A DNA stretch of 64,000 bases from Thermoplasmata archaeon (GCA_039794005.1 JBAMMA010000001.1:32001-96000), one strand, 5' to 3'; positions 18,192-29,136 are shown, counted from the first letter of the stretch. The notes: generated by a model not told the origin, from the letters alone. Numbers and translations: made by a program.

Positions 18192-19068
18192 TGTTTTTTA
18201 ACGCTAATAAATTTAATTCTTTTCCAACGATTTTATCATTTTCTTTATATTCTTTTCCATTTCTCAACATGCCTTTTTTAATTTCGTAAATATAATTTTT
18301 GTTGGTTCTAAAATTTTTATTTTTCATTATAAATATTTTTCCATAACTTTTTTTCCCTTCTATATATCCATAATCTCTGTCCTTTCTAACTTTATATATT
18401 TTTCTAACCTCTTCATAGTCTTTATGATTATCAACGGGATACCATTCAGAATATTCTGAATATGCAAACATTAAATTTTCTTTTATTAATTTCAAAAACA
18501 CTGTTTCTTCTAAATTTTTTTTATCATAATTTTCGAAAAATAAATCTTTAATGGAGTTTGAAAAATAATACATACCAGTGTTTACAAATATATTTAATTC
18601 AGGTTTCTCTATAAAGTTGATTATCCTATTATTTTCTAATTCTAAAACGCCTGAGGCCGATTTCATATGGCCAACAGTAATTGTTGATTTGTAATTATTA
18701 CTCTTTGAATATTCATAAAAATCTTTTATATTATAATATGTGATGGTGTCCCCATTTTTTACAATTATGTCATCCTCAACATCTTTCCAAAAATTTTTTA
18801 CAGCAAATAAGGTACCCATTGGCCTAGGTTCTATTGAAAATTTTATTTCTGAATTATTATAATCTTTTTTAATTTTTTTTATTATTTTATCTTTTTTATA
18901 TCCGACTAATAAATATATATTATCGATTCCTGAAATTTTAAAATCTCTTATTTGTTTATCTAAAATTGTATAATCATTTTTTAAAGGTAGCAAGACTTTT
19001 GGAATATCTCTTGTTAATGGAAGAAGTCTTTTTGAATAACCACCACAAAGAATAGCTCCAACAACCAT
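18166..19068 (-). CDS. Sugar-phosphate nucleotidyltransferase (HddC-like) with C-terminal extension
   Basis: ILCGGYSKRLLPLT, PKVLLP, MGT, NGDT, FIEKP, NTGMY. Confidence 0.85.
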   Translation of the reverse strand: MVVGAILCGGYSKRLLPLTRDIPKVLLPLKNDYTILDKQIRDFKISGIDNIYLLVGYKKDKIIKKIKKDYNNSEIKFSIEPRPMGTLFAVKNFWKDVEDDIIVKNGDTITYYNIKDFYEYSKSNNYKSTITVGHMKSASGVLELENNRIINFIEKPELNIFVNTGMYYFSNSIKDLFFENYDKKNLEETVFLKLIKENLMFAYSEYSEWYPVDNHKDYEEVRKIYKVRKDRDYGYIEGKKSYGKIFIMKNKNFRTNKNYIYEIKKGMLRNGKEYKENDKIVGKELNLLALKNTILEYYML

Positions 19069-19132
19069 TATTTTTAAATTGTAAATCAAAATAAAAATAT
19101 TTTGTAAAATGAAAAGTCTTAAATAACAATAA

Positions 19133-22100
19133 ATGGATATTAAAAAATATATGAGAGAAAAAGGTGTATCAGAAGTTATAGGTACCTTATTAATGTTGGC
19201 TATTACTGTAACATTATTTAGTTCTGTATTTTATTATGTTGCAACTATGCCTCCCCCGCAAACACAAGTTTATGCATCATTTAAAGCACAATATTATTAT
19301 TATCAAAATGGAACATTTAAAATAATAATTTATAATGTAGGTGGGGAATCATTAAACGCAAAAACAACCGAATTATTAATATTTATTTTAAATCCCACCA
19401 ATAGAGTAACGTATTTATTGTCAAATCCATTAATTTATGAACAAATAAATAGTTATTATTTCTCTCCAGGGATGCATTTCACATATTACTCATGGTGGAA
19501 TGGAATAAAAAATATTGGGCCACAAAGTTCTATAACATTATATTTAATTGACAAATTAAATAATCAGATTGTTTGGTACGATGTCATTCAAGGATATATG
19601 AAAAGTCTTGAAATAATTGGAATATCGTATTTTCCACAGCCATTTCCAGCATTGGTTAATTTTAATGGAAAGATATTGGCATATGTAATTTACAATCCAA
19701 GCGGTCAAATTCCAACAGTTAAAATAACAATACCAAAAATGAATATATTTTATAAAAATATGTCATATTTAAGTCCGATGACATTTTATTTTCAATCTAC
19801 TTTTTCAAGCATATCACCAGGAAATTATACCGTTAAAATCAATGCAATTCTTAACAATATAAATATTTCCTATTATGGAAATATAAGTGTTCAAATGACA
19901 TCACAATCAAACATGGCTTTGAGAATTACATCAATAAGTTTATCTTCGCCAGATCCTATTCATGGTTCAACAGATTTAATAATACTATCCATTAACAATC
20001 CCACTCCAAATTTAGAAACTTTCTATTTAAAATTATCGGATTATTATCATGTGACAAATTCTTGGTCCAATATATCTACGGGGGAGGGTAATCCTATAAA
20101 AGAACAGATAATGCCCTATACATCATCCACATTTGTAATACCATGGATTAACGTTGGTGGAAATAATTCAGCTATGGGAAACCATACTCTATATGCAAAT
20201 ATAACAGATCCAATTCCCGCTGTTCCAGCTTATGGAAATTTCATAAATTTTACCGTTATGCCTAGAATTTTAATGGTCGATGATGAGGATAATTTAACCA
20301 ATACTCAATATTCAGTATTTAACATTTATTACCAGATGATGCAATATATGGATTACAATTTTACCCCAGCTATCTTGCCATCATACCTGACACCAATATC
20401 TTTGAATGGTTATGATCTTGTTATTTGGATAACTGGATATTCTTCTCACGGTTTGGGACCTCAGCAAAAGGCAATATTGGAAAATTATGTTTCAAAGATG
20501 AATGGAGCATTACTTTTGATAGGCTCTTCATTAAATGATTTTAATGGTATGTTTGGTAATGGTGCTAGCATATCACAAACTCCAATTTTTAATACAACTA
20601 TAAAATATTACAATTTACCAAAGATTTCCTCAGACACATTATATATGCCTATAAATTATACAGGATATTTAAAATACAGCAGTTTAAATTCATATGTAAT
20701 ATTGTTTTCAAATAATAGTCCACCACAATCAGGACAAGGTGGAAATGGAATAGAATATCCATTAGCATCAATTAGTGGATACCATGAACCTTCGGTAGTA
20801 TATGGAAAATACAATTATGGTAGATTTATATTTGTGGGTTATGAATTTTCCAGGATGAACCTTTATCAGGATTATTTTATATTGAACAGAATGGTTTTAT
20901 GGCTGTCAAATATATCATCAAGGTCTGGATTAAATGATTTGGCATTAGTTGATTTTTCAATGTCTCCATCAAATCCATTATTTTTGCAAAAGGTCAATCT
21001 ATCATTTTATGTTATGAACTTGGCACCTGGACCATTTGGTAATCAAAATCTTATATTGGAATATACCATAGGAGGAATGCAGCATTTTATAACGGTTGGT
21101 AATATAACCCAAGGTAATGGTTATATAAAGGTGGTAAACACAACATGGATAGCTAATCTATCTCCTGGTTCATACACCATATCAACATATTTAAACTGGT
21201 ACCATAATCCTCCAGAAGTTAATTATAACAATAATATGTTCAATTCTATAACAGATGTAAAAATTAATGTTATATATTCTGTGCTGTTTGTTTATTTACA
21301 TACAGGGAATGACAATGATACCGCTTTAGCGAACACATTAAATAACTTGAAAATCAACTTTAAGTTCATTAACTATCAAGAAAATGGAAATAATTTTATA
21401 AACTTTGTTAAGATATTCCCATATTATAATCTTGTAATACTTGATTTTAACAATTCTGGTAACTTTGGTTTATCCACTCAGGCACAAAATGTTTTATCGC
21501 AGGCAATCTATAATTATTTAAATAACCCAAATGCATCATATTATCCTTACAATTTGTTGATATTAGGAGAAAATTCTGGAAATGCATTTCAAAATTATGG
21601 TAATGGTACACTTTACAATGCTTTAAATATTTATCGTATAAGTACAAGTAACACACATGGTCAAGGGCAGTTGTTTGGATTAAACTACAACAATGTAAAT
21701 CCTGGTCTAAATCAATTTGAAATAAATGTAACCAGGGGAATTGGATTTGTTTATTATTATTCATCAACATCAACTGTGATACAATTAAATAATAATGCAA
21801 GAGGATTGGCCATTCTAGACAGACTGCAATATCCTCCACTTAATCAACCAATCTATGCAGGCAGGGCAATAACTGAAAATATTTCTAATGTAAATGTAAT
21901 ATTCTTCCCTTATGATTGGTCTAATATATTGGGTTTAATTCAGAATCATACTTCTTACTATTCTCCAAATGTACTTTCATCCAACCCATTGAACTATCAA
22001 ACACCCAGTGCCAAACAATATATTAGAAATCTTTTAATGATTAATTTTTTGAACGCATTCAGATACAAATTTAATTATTCAATACCTGAAATTCTTTCAG

Positions 22101-23806
22101 TGGATCTGTCATTAAATTCAAATCATCCTACGTTGAATAATTATTATATAATATCAGGAATAGTCAGAAACTTGGGAACTAAACCAATTAGCGTTATATT
22201 GCAATCCTATGAGGAAACATCACTGTTTTCAACACAAACCATATATCTTCCAGGACTTTCTGTGATACCTTTTGAAGTAATTTGGAAACCAACATATGCA
22301 TCTTCCCCGAACCCAGAAGTTTTAAGGTTTGTTTTGAATACAAATAATTTAGTTATACCAACATCAATGCTCGAGGCAATACTATTCACACCAACATATT
22401 TCTTTTACGATGATTTTTCTAATGGATTTTCACAGAACTGGATACATTATGCTGATGCATTTGCTTATTCTGGAGTTTCTTATTGGAGCAATTTCTTTTC
22501 AGGGCTAACCAAAAAAACATCTGATTATATTCCATCACAACCTTACAGCATATTTGGTCCTGTAGATAACATATTTTATTCGAGTTATATTGGAAATTAC
22601 AATAGAAACTCTGTTGGTTCATGGAATCTTTATCCGAATGGATACAGTGGCGGGTATTCATTGGGAATTTCATGGAATGTAAACAGTGCTAATGGTCGAT
22701 GGGCAAGACCAGTATATGTTTTGGAAACATATCCGATTAATATTAAGGGTTCTGCATCAGCATACATTGAATTTTATGCCTCATATCAATTGGCATATGC
22801 TGCTGAGGGCGTTTTATTATTCATCAGTCATGACCAAGGAACCTGGTATTGGATTCCACCCGTTGGTGGATACCATAACAATGGTCCATGGGAGAATTTG
22901 CGATATTTAACGGGTAATTATTTATATCCAGTTGCCGGTTCAACATTAACTCCAATGTTTGTTGGAGTATCTGGTGGTGGTCTACAGCCCAAATGGGTGT
23001 TTTTTAAATTTAATTTAGATTATACATTTGTAGATCAACATGGAAATAAACAATACATTAATGCATCTCAATGGCAGACTTTGTGGGTAGAATTTGTTTT
23101 TATAGGTGATAATTCATACAATGGAGGTAATATAAACGTTTACGGTAACGACAATTTCTTTTTCGATGACTTTAAGATTGTAGAAACAGGTCCATTGTAT
23201 CCTCAGAATAGCGTTGTAAATAGTGGTACATCTGGAGATACTTGGAAGATCATAAACGGTAACCAGATAGGTCTTAGCAATAATCTATATGGATACTATG
23301 TATCAATAACCCCAGATACAATTGATAACCTTGTTTCAGTACCTATTGATTTGGTGAATGCAATAAGCGTAAATATGAATTTCTTAACAAAATATTCAAT
23401 TTGGGCAAGGTTTGCATATGCCCAAGATCCCACAGATGTTCCGAATGGATTCAGATTATATATTGGTGCATCTAGTGGAAATGCAATAACATGGTCTCAG
23501 TTGGATACAAGATGGGCTGGCGAAGCTGGCATCGTATCATTAACATTGGCATCGTATATACCTAGCGTTTATTATCCAGGAATTGGGGCATTTTCATCTC
23601 AGCTTGGACCTTATATAGATTTGACATCTTACGCTGGTCAGACAATTCATATTAAATTTGAAGTAAATGGTGATTATCCCTCTCTCTTCCATGGATCATT
23701 TGGCCTTGTGGAATCTGTATCTAGCGATTGGGTTTTCATAACAGATGTGATAGTTAGTGGATACAGTTTATATTCCCCAGTTTACGTAAACCTTATATGG
23801 ACTTAA
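19133..23806 (+). CDS. Giant type IV pilin-like surface protein 1 (archaeal pilin N-terminus, CARDB/Ig-like and other domains)
   Basis: Class III signal peptide KG|VSEVIGTLLMLAITVTLFSSVFYY; CARDB-like DLAL...EVNYNNN; many N-x-S/T sequons. Confidence 0.85.
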   Translation: MDIKKYMREKGVSEVIGTLLMLAITVTLFSSVFYYVATMPPPQTQVYASFKAQYYYYQNGTFKIIIYNVGGESLNAKTTELLIFILNPTNRVTYLLSNPLIYEQINSYYFSPGMHFTYYSWWNGIKNIGPQSSITLYLIDKLNNQIVWYDVIQGYMKSLEIIGISYFPQPFPALVNFNGKILAYVIYNPSGQIPTVKITIPKMNIFYKNMSYLSPMTFYFQSTFSSISPGNYTVKINAILNNINISYYGNISVQMTSQSNMALRITSISLSSPDPIHGSTDLIILSINNPTPNLETFYLKLSDYYHVTNSWSNISTGEGNPIKEQIMPYTSSTFVIPWINVGGNNSAMGNHTLYANITDPIPAVPAYGNFINFTVMPRILMVDDEDNLTNTQYSVFNIYYQMMQYMDYNFTPAILPSYLTPISLNGYDLVIWITGYSSHGLGPQQKAILENYVSKMNGALLLIGSSLNDFNGMFGNGASISQTPIFNTTIKYYNLPKISSDTLYMPINYTGYLKYSSLNSYVILFSNNSPPQSGQGGNGIEYPLASISGYHEPSVVYGKYNYGRFIFVGYEFSRMNLYQDYFILNRMVLWLSNISSRSGLNDLALVDFSMSPSNPLFLQKVNLSFYVMNLAPGPFGNQNLILEYTIGGMQHFITVGNITQGNGYIKVVNTTWIANLSPGSYTISTYLNWYHNPPEVNYNNNMFNSITDVKINVIYSVLFVYLHTGNDNDTALANTLNNLKINFKFINYQENGNNFINFVKIFPYYNLVILDFNNSGNFGLSTQAQNVLSQAIYNYLNNPNASYYPYNLLILGENSGNAFQNYGNGTLYNALNIYRISTSNTHGQGQLFGLNYNNVNPGLNQFEINVTRGIGFVYYYSSTSTVIQLNNNARGLAILDRLQYPPLNQPIYAGRAITENISNVNVIFFPYDWSNILGLIQNHTSYYSPNVLSSNPLNYQTPSAKQYIRNLLMINFLNAFRYKFNYSIPEILSVDLSLNSNHPTLNNYYIISGIVRNLGTKPISVILQSYEETSLFSTQTIYLPGLSVIPFEVIWKPTYASSPNPEVLRFVLNTNNLVIPTSMLEAILFTPTYFFYDDFSNGFSQNWIHYADAFAYSGVSYWSNFFSGLTKKTSDYIPSQPYSIFGPVDNIFYSSYIGNYNRNSVGSWNLYPNGYSGGYSLGISWNVNSANGRWARPVYVLETYPINIKGSASAYIEFYASYQLAYAAEGVLLFISHDQGTWYWIPPVGGYHNNGPWENLRYLTGNYLYPVAGSTLTPMFVGVSGGGLQPKWVFFKFNLDYTFVDQHGNKQYINASQWQTLWVEFVFIGDNSYNGGNINVYGNDNFFFDDFKIVETGPLYPQNSVVNSGTSGDTWKIINGNQIGLSNNLYGYYVSITPDTIDNLVSVPIDLVNAISVNMNFLTKYSIWARFAYAQDPTDVPNGFRLYIGASSGNAITWSQLDTRWAGEAGIVSLTLASYIPSVYYPGIGAFSSQLGPYIDLTSYAGQTIHIKFEVNGDYPSLFHGSFGLVESVSSDWVFITDVIVSGYSLYSPVYVNLIWT

Positions 23807-23875
23807 TTTTCTTTTTATATAATTTCGTAAATACCCCAAAATATTTAAATATAATAAAATCAATGAAATCTTTTG

Positions 23876-26800
23876 ATGAAGGAAAGTGGAGTATCAGAAG
23901 TTATAGGTACATTATTAATGTTGGCTATTACTGTAACATTATTTAGCTCTGTATTTTATTATGTATCAACATTACCCCCTCCTCCTACACAGGTATATGC
24001 CTCATTTCAAGTTAAATATTTACCTAATTATAATAATGGTAGTTTTATATTATATTTACAAAATTTAGGCGGTGAATCATTAAATGCGTACACAACTAGG
24101 TTAGAACTGTTAGGAACAAATCCATCATTTTATGCTGGTATAGATTTTTCAAATCCTAAAATTCTATCGCAACTGAAATCGAATTATTTCGAGCCCGGCA
24201 ACACCATAGTTTACAAGTCCTGGTGGAATAACATTTCAAAGATAAATTCACAAACGACGATTAATTTATTTTTAATAGATAAATTAAATAATCAGCTTAT
24301 CTATTCAAATCTATTACAGGGTATTATAAAATCATTGGAGATTGTAGGTTTTTCATATACTCCAGTACCATTTTATTCAAATCAGCCTATCAATGCAAAA
24401 TTCTTCGCATATGTTATTTACAATCCTAACAATAATGTATTGCCAACATTGACTATTTCAATACCTGGGTTTAAAATGAATGGAACAATGCAATATTATT
24501 CACCTTTTGAATATATGTTTTCCTATTCATTTGTGAATCTGGCTGTTGGAAATTATACTGTTTACATAAATGCAACATTAGGTAAATTGACATCATATTT
24601 CAAGGGTACAATAACTGTTTTGCAATCTCCAACAGGTCCTTTTGCCTTAAGGATAACATCCATAAGTTTGGCAAATCCGGATCCTGTGCATGGGTCAACA
24701 GACATGATTTTCATATCAGTTTCAAATCCTTCCAGCAATGATGAAAAATTCCAGATTTTGTTGAATGATTATTATCCATACAATAATTCAAAAAGTTTAA
24801 TATCTACAAATCTAGGAGACCCGTTCTGGGAAAAGATTTCCGCATATTCCTCTACTACATTTGTAATAACATGGTACAATGTTGGTGGTAATGGATTTGC
24901 TGAAGGTAATCATACGCTTTTTGCAACAATATTGAATCCAACACCACAAATTCCAACTTCTGGAAATTACTGCAATTTGACAGTGATGCCCAGAATTTTA
25001 TTAGTAGATGATGAAGCTCAGTATACAAATACCCCAAATTCAGTATTCAATTATTATTATAATATTTTGAGTTATATGAATTATAATGTTTCAACTGAGA
25101 TTTTGCCAAATCCGCAAACACCTATTACTTTAAATTCCTATGATCTTGTTGTTTGGATAACTGGATATTCACAATCCGGAATAGGAACACAGCAATTATC
25201 TCAGATAAATAATTTTGTTAACGTTTATGGTGGCTCATTTATGTTGATTGGTGATTATCCGGGCGAATTTTCAGGAATTTTTAACAGTAATATCGTTGCA
25301 TATTCCCAGAGCATTTCACAGACATCTATAAAATACAATAATTTCACAAAAATATCTCCAAATACAATAAACATGTATGTTAACATGGTTGGAAATATTA
25401 CACCTGGAAACCCAAACATATCATCTTCAAATAATATACTGTTTTTCACAGGAAGCATAATACATTACCTCGCATCTCTTCCATTGAATATAAATCCAAA
25501 TAACTATCCATCTGCGGTATACGGAGTATCAAACAATGGGAGATTTGTTTTAATTGGATATGAATTGACTAGAATGTATTTATATCAACAATACTATATA
25601 TTAAATAAGGCCATGATGTGGTTATCAAATATTTCCATAAGACAACATCTCTATGATCTTGCTTTAATAGACATGGAAATTTCAACGCACAGTCCATTAT
25701 TCCTACAATCCGTTAATATTACATTTTACATAATGAATTTATCACCTGGACCTTTTGGAAATGGAAATACAATACTTGAATATTCAATTGGAAATAAACA
25801 ATATTTTGTTCCTGTTGGTAATATAACACAAGGAAATGGTTCTATTGTTAAAATGACTGTCTCATGGACCGCTACATTATCACCGGGTATTTATCCTATA
25901 AATGCTTATTTAAATTATTACCATTCTCCACAGGAAGTAAATTATAATAACAATGTTTTGAATAATTTAGTAAATATAAATATATTTGTAAAATATTCTG
26001 TATTGGTTGTCTGGGTACACAAAAATGGTGATAATAACAACATTACGGGTGTTACAAATACATTGAAGAATTTAAATGTTGCATATACGTTCTTTGATTT
26101 CAATGAGCAGAATGTTAAATTGCCAAAGAATTTTAATTATATGTTTAAAAAATATAATTTGGTAATAATCGATTTTAACAATACTGGAGAATTATCTGGA
26201 TATAAATATGCAATAAACTTGTCGGATGCAATTTACAATTACATAATGAATCCTAATACAACAATTTATCCATATTCACTATTATTTTTAGGTGAAAGAA
26301 CTGGTTATGCTTTGGAATATTCACAGCCAACATCTAATAATGTTAATCTTTTGTCCCTATTAAATATAAATAATATACAGTTTGGAACAAACATAACAAA
26401 GAACACTGCCACATTATATGGACTTTCCTACGGGAATTTAAATATAAATTTAAATAATTTTCAAATAAATGTGACCGATGGCTATGGATTTTTATATTAT
26501 TATTCACAGTACTGGAATTTAATTTCACTGAATTCTGGAACAAATGGTTTGGCAATTTTAGGCGGTGCACAATACCCAATATTCAATTATCCTCTATACA
26601 CTGGAAGGGCAGTTATTGAAAATGTCAGCAATGTAATAGTTGGAATAGTACCATATGATTTTGAAAACATTGTAGGATTGATTCAGCCACATACATATCA
26701 GTATTCTCCACAATACACATCATCAAATCCCTTATATTACCAAAATCCAAGCAAATCACAATATACAAAAAATATGTTTATGATGAATTTATTGCTGGCA

Positions 26801-28525
26801 TTTAGATATCATTTTAACACTGCGATACCATATATACCATATACCAGAATATCCATAAATTCACCATATGTTTCCTTAAATAATTATTATTTGATCTCAG
26901 GAGTTATAAGAAATCTTGGTGATGTTCCAACATCGGTAATTTTACAAGCATATGAAGAATCATCAATCTTCACATCCGAAACAATATATTTGCCTGCTGA
27001 ATCAAACATTCCTTTCCAGGTAATATGGAAACCAACATATGCATCCTCACCTAACCCTGAATATCTGAGATTTACTTTGATTTATAATGGTATAACTAGT
27101 CCATTAGATGAAGCAATAATATCAACTCCTGTATACTATTTCTACGATGATGGATCTTCATTATCCGGATGGACTCATTACGATATAATAGCAGATGTCA
27201 TTGGCCAATATCCATTTGGTTTAACCTCAGAGGTAGAAACACCACAAACAGGCATATTAACCACAAATTTTGCAAAGATTGGAGGATCTGGAGTGAAATC
27301 ATATTGGACATCGAGTGATTATTACATATATCCATATTCATATTATATTCAAGATTCAATTAATTACAATAAATATCCATACAATTATTTGTATTTACAA
27401 ATGCCTACAGTATATGTTCCAGCTGGCAGTGACATAATTTTATCCTGGTGGTGGAAATACAGTATTGCGTTTGCTCAAAATGGGCTTTTTGTTATGGTAA
27501 ATGTTAACGGTAAATGGTATCAGGTTGAAATGCCCTATAATAACAATCCAGATTTAGGAAATGTACCAAATGTAAATAATTGTAATATATACGAAGTTTA
27601 CAACGGTGTTAGTGGTGGCGGTACATTTACATGGACATTCCATAAAATACAGAGTGTAAATGATTATTTATACGTCATGAATCCATCAAATGGATTACCG
27701 TTGAACTCTCCAATATACATAGGAAATTCCTATGTTACATTTTATATATATTATGTCCAGCCAGATTATGTCGGAAATGAAGGTGGAAGTACCCAGGCAG
27801 GTGCTGGTGCATATATAGATAATGTAATGTTGGCAATAACAAATGGTGGATTGGATGGTTGGAGAGTTATAAATCCATCCATGTCAGCATCTCAATTGCA
27901 AATATCATATACAAATTATCTGGGATTTTCTGGTGCACCAACATACAATCTTATTGCGGACTTTGTAAATGAAAATGGATATCCAGGATTTGTTAGCAAC
28001 ATGTGGGATAATTTAATTACACCACCAATCGATCTTGTAGATGCCGTTTCGGCTCAATTGTCATTTACATTTAAGGCAAACATACAACAGGGTTGGTATG
28101 GTGATGGATGGCCTCCTGATTTCTTCTTATTGAGTGTGAGTAACAATAATGGAGAAACATGGAGCTGGTTCTATTCCCCACCCACATATCCAACAAATCC
28201 AATTTACAATCCTCCTTGGAGTAATAGCGGTGGCGGAACAATATGGTTTGACGGTCGCAATTATTGGCCTGCAAACGGTGCAAATGGAAATTATTGGTTG
28301 ACAGTTACATTTCCATTGAATTCATTTGTAGGTGAAAACATCATGTTTGATTTTCAGATATTCACAAACAATGGCAATTGGGGATATGGTGATAAAGATT
28401 TTATTGGTCATGCAGTAAACACAAATAATCTTGGCAGCAATCCATTCCTAGGATTCTATATGACAAACATAATCGTTAGTGGATACATGGCTTTTACTCC
28501 AATATATGTACAAACATTTTGGTAA
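23876..28525 (+). CDS. Giant type IV pilin-like surface protein 2, paralog of 19133-23806
   Basis: SG|VSEVIGTLLMLAITVTLFSSVFYY; collinear with paralog 1 over about 1090 aa. Confidence 0.85.
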   Translation: MKESGVSEVIGTLLMLAITVTLFSSVFYYVSTLPPPPTQVYASFQVKYLPNYNNGSFILYLQNLGGESLNAYTTRLELLGTNPSFYAGIDFSNPKILSQLKSNYFEPGNTIVYKSWWNNISKINSQTTINLFLIDKLNNQLIYSNLLQGIIKSLEIVGFSYTPVPFYSNQPINAKFFAYVIYNPNNNVLPTLTISIPGFKMNGTMQYYSPFEYMFSYSFVNLAVGNYTVYINATLGKLTSYFKGTITVLQSPTGPFALRITSISLANPDPVHGSTDMIFISVSNPSSNDEKFQILLNDYYPYNNSKSLISTNLGDPFWEKISAYSSTTFVITWYNVGGNGFAEGNHTLFATILNPTPQIPTSGNYCNLTVMPRILLVDDEAQYTNTPNSVFNYYYNILSYMNYNVSTEILPNPQTPITLNSYDLVVWITGYSQSGIGTQQLSQINNFVNVYGGSFMLIGDYPGEFSGIFNSNIVAYSQSISQTSIKYNNFTKISPNTINMYVNMVGNITPGNPNISSSNNILFFTGSIIHYLASLPLNINPNNYPSAVYGVSNNGRFVLIGYELTRMYLYQQYYILNKAMMWLSNISIRQHLYDLALIDMEISTHSPLFLQSVNITFYIMNLSPGPFGNGNTILEYSIGNKQYFVPVGNITQGNGSIVKMTVSWTATLSPGIYPINAYLNYYHSPQEVNYNNNVLNNLVNINIFVKYSVLVVWVHKNGDNNNITGVTNTLKNLNVAYTFFDFNEQNVKLPKNFNYMFKKYNLVIIDFNNTGELSGYKYAINLSDAIYNYIMNPNTTIYPYSLLFLGERTGYALEYSQPTSNNVNLLSLLNINNIQFGTNITKNTATLYGLSYGNLNINLNNFQINVTDGYGFLYYYSQYWNLISLNSGTNGLAILGGAQYPIFNYPLYTGRAVIENVSNVIVGIVPYDFENIVGLIQPHTYQYSPQYTSSNPLYYQNPSKSQYTKNMFMMNLLLAFRYHFNTAIPYIPYTRISINSPYVSLNNYYLISGVIRNLGDVPTSVILQAYEESSIFTSETIYLPAESNIPFQVIWKPTYASSPNPEYLRFTLIYNGITSPLDEAIISTPVYYFYDDGSSLSGWTHYDIIADVIGQYPFGLTSEVETPQTGILTTNFAKIGGSGVKSYWTSSDYYIYPYSYYIQDSINYNKYPYNYLYLQMPTVYVPAGSDIILSWWWKYSIAFAQNGLFVMVNVNGKWYQVEMPYNNNPDLGNVPNVNNCNIYEVYNGVSGGGTFTWTFHKIQSVNDYLYVMNPSNGLPLNSPIYIGNSYVTFYIYYVQPDYVGNEGGSTQAGAGAYIDNVMLAITNGGLDGWRVINPSMSASQLQISYTNYLGFSGAPTYNLIADFVNENGYPGFVSNMWDNLITPPIDLVDAVSAQLSFTFKANIQQGWYGDGWPPDFFLLSVSNNNGETWSWFYSPPTYPTNPIYNPPWSNSGGGTIWFDGRNYWPANGANGNYWLTVTFPLNSFVGENIMFDFQIFTNNGNWGYGDKDFIGHAVNTNNLGSNPFLGFYMTNIIVSGYMAFTPIYVQTFW

Positions 28526-28620
28526 TTTTTATTAATATTATTAAATTTCCATTTTTCATAACCTCTGATTAAAAAATTTTATATAGAAGTAATAAAATAC
28601 CAAAAAACTGGTGTTTAATA

Positions 28621-29136
28621 ATGGGAAAAAATATAACTAAAAAAGAATTGGAAAATATGTTAAACGAAGAAAAGAATAAAAATGTAGAATTACAGAATAT
28701 ATTGAATCAGAAAGAAGATGAAATTAAAAAATTAAATGAAAGAATAATAAGAATGCAGGCTGATTTTGATAATTATATAAAAAATATAAACAGAGAAAAA
28801 AGCGAATTGATAAAGATGTTATCTGTTGACATTGTAAAAGAATTTATCGATGATCTTGAAAATATTGAAAGATTAGAAAAACAAATAGAAGATCAAAAAA
28901 TTAAAGAATCCATTGAATTAATAAAAAGTCATATGGAAAAGACTTTGATGAAATTTGGATTAGAAAAAATAGAATCTTTAGGAAAAAAATTTGATCCATA
29001 TTTACATGAAGCCATCAACATTGAATATTCTGATAATGGTGAAGATGGTATCATTGTTGAAGAATATAGAAAAGGTTATAAAATTAATGGTGTTGTAGTT
29101 AGACCTTCCATGGTAAAAGTAATAAAAAGGAGGTGA
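28621..29136 (+). CDS. grpE: Nucleotide exchange factor GrpE
   Basis: [34 protein letters not shown]. Confidence 0.96.
   Translation: MGKNITKKELENMLNEEKNKNVELQNILNQKEDEIKKLNERIIRMQADFDNYIKNINREKSELIKMLSVDIVKEFIDDLENIERLEKQIEDQKIKESIELIKSHMEKTLMKFGLEKIESLGKKFDPYLHEAINIEYSDNGEDGIIVEEYRKGYKINGVVVRPSMVKVIKRR

Noticed and set aside
20260-20290. Response-regulator receiver domain in the pilins (RILMVDDE / RILLVDDE)
   Set aside because: It lies in a secreted region and continues as YDLVxWITGY, more like an extracellular alpha/beta (GATase-like) module; other receiver motifs are not evident
28526-28620. CIRCE or archaeal heat-shock operator before grpE
   Set aside because: No TTAGCACTC-N9-GAGTGCTAA or other convincing palindrome seen
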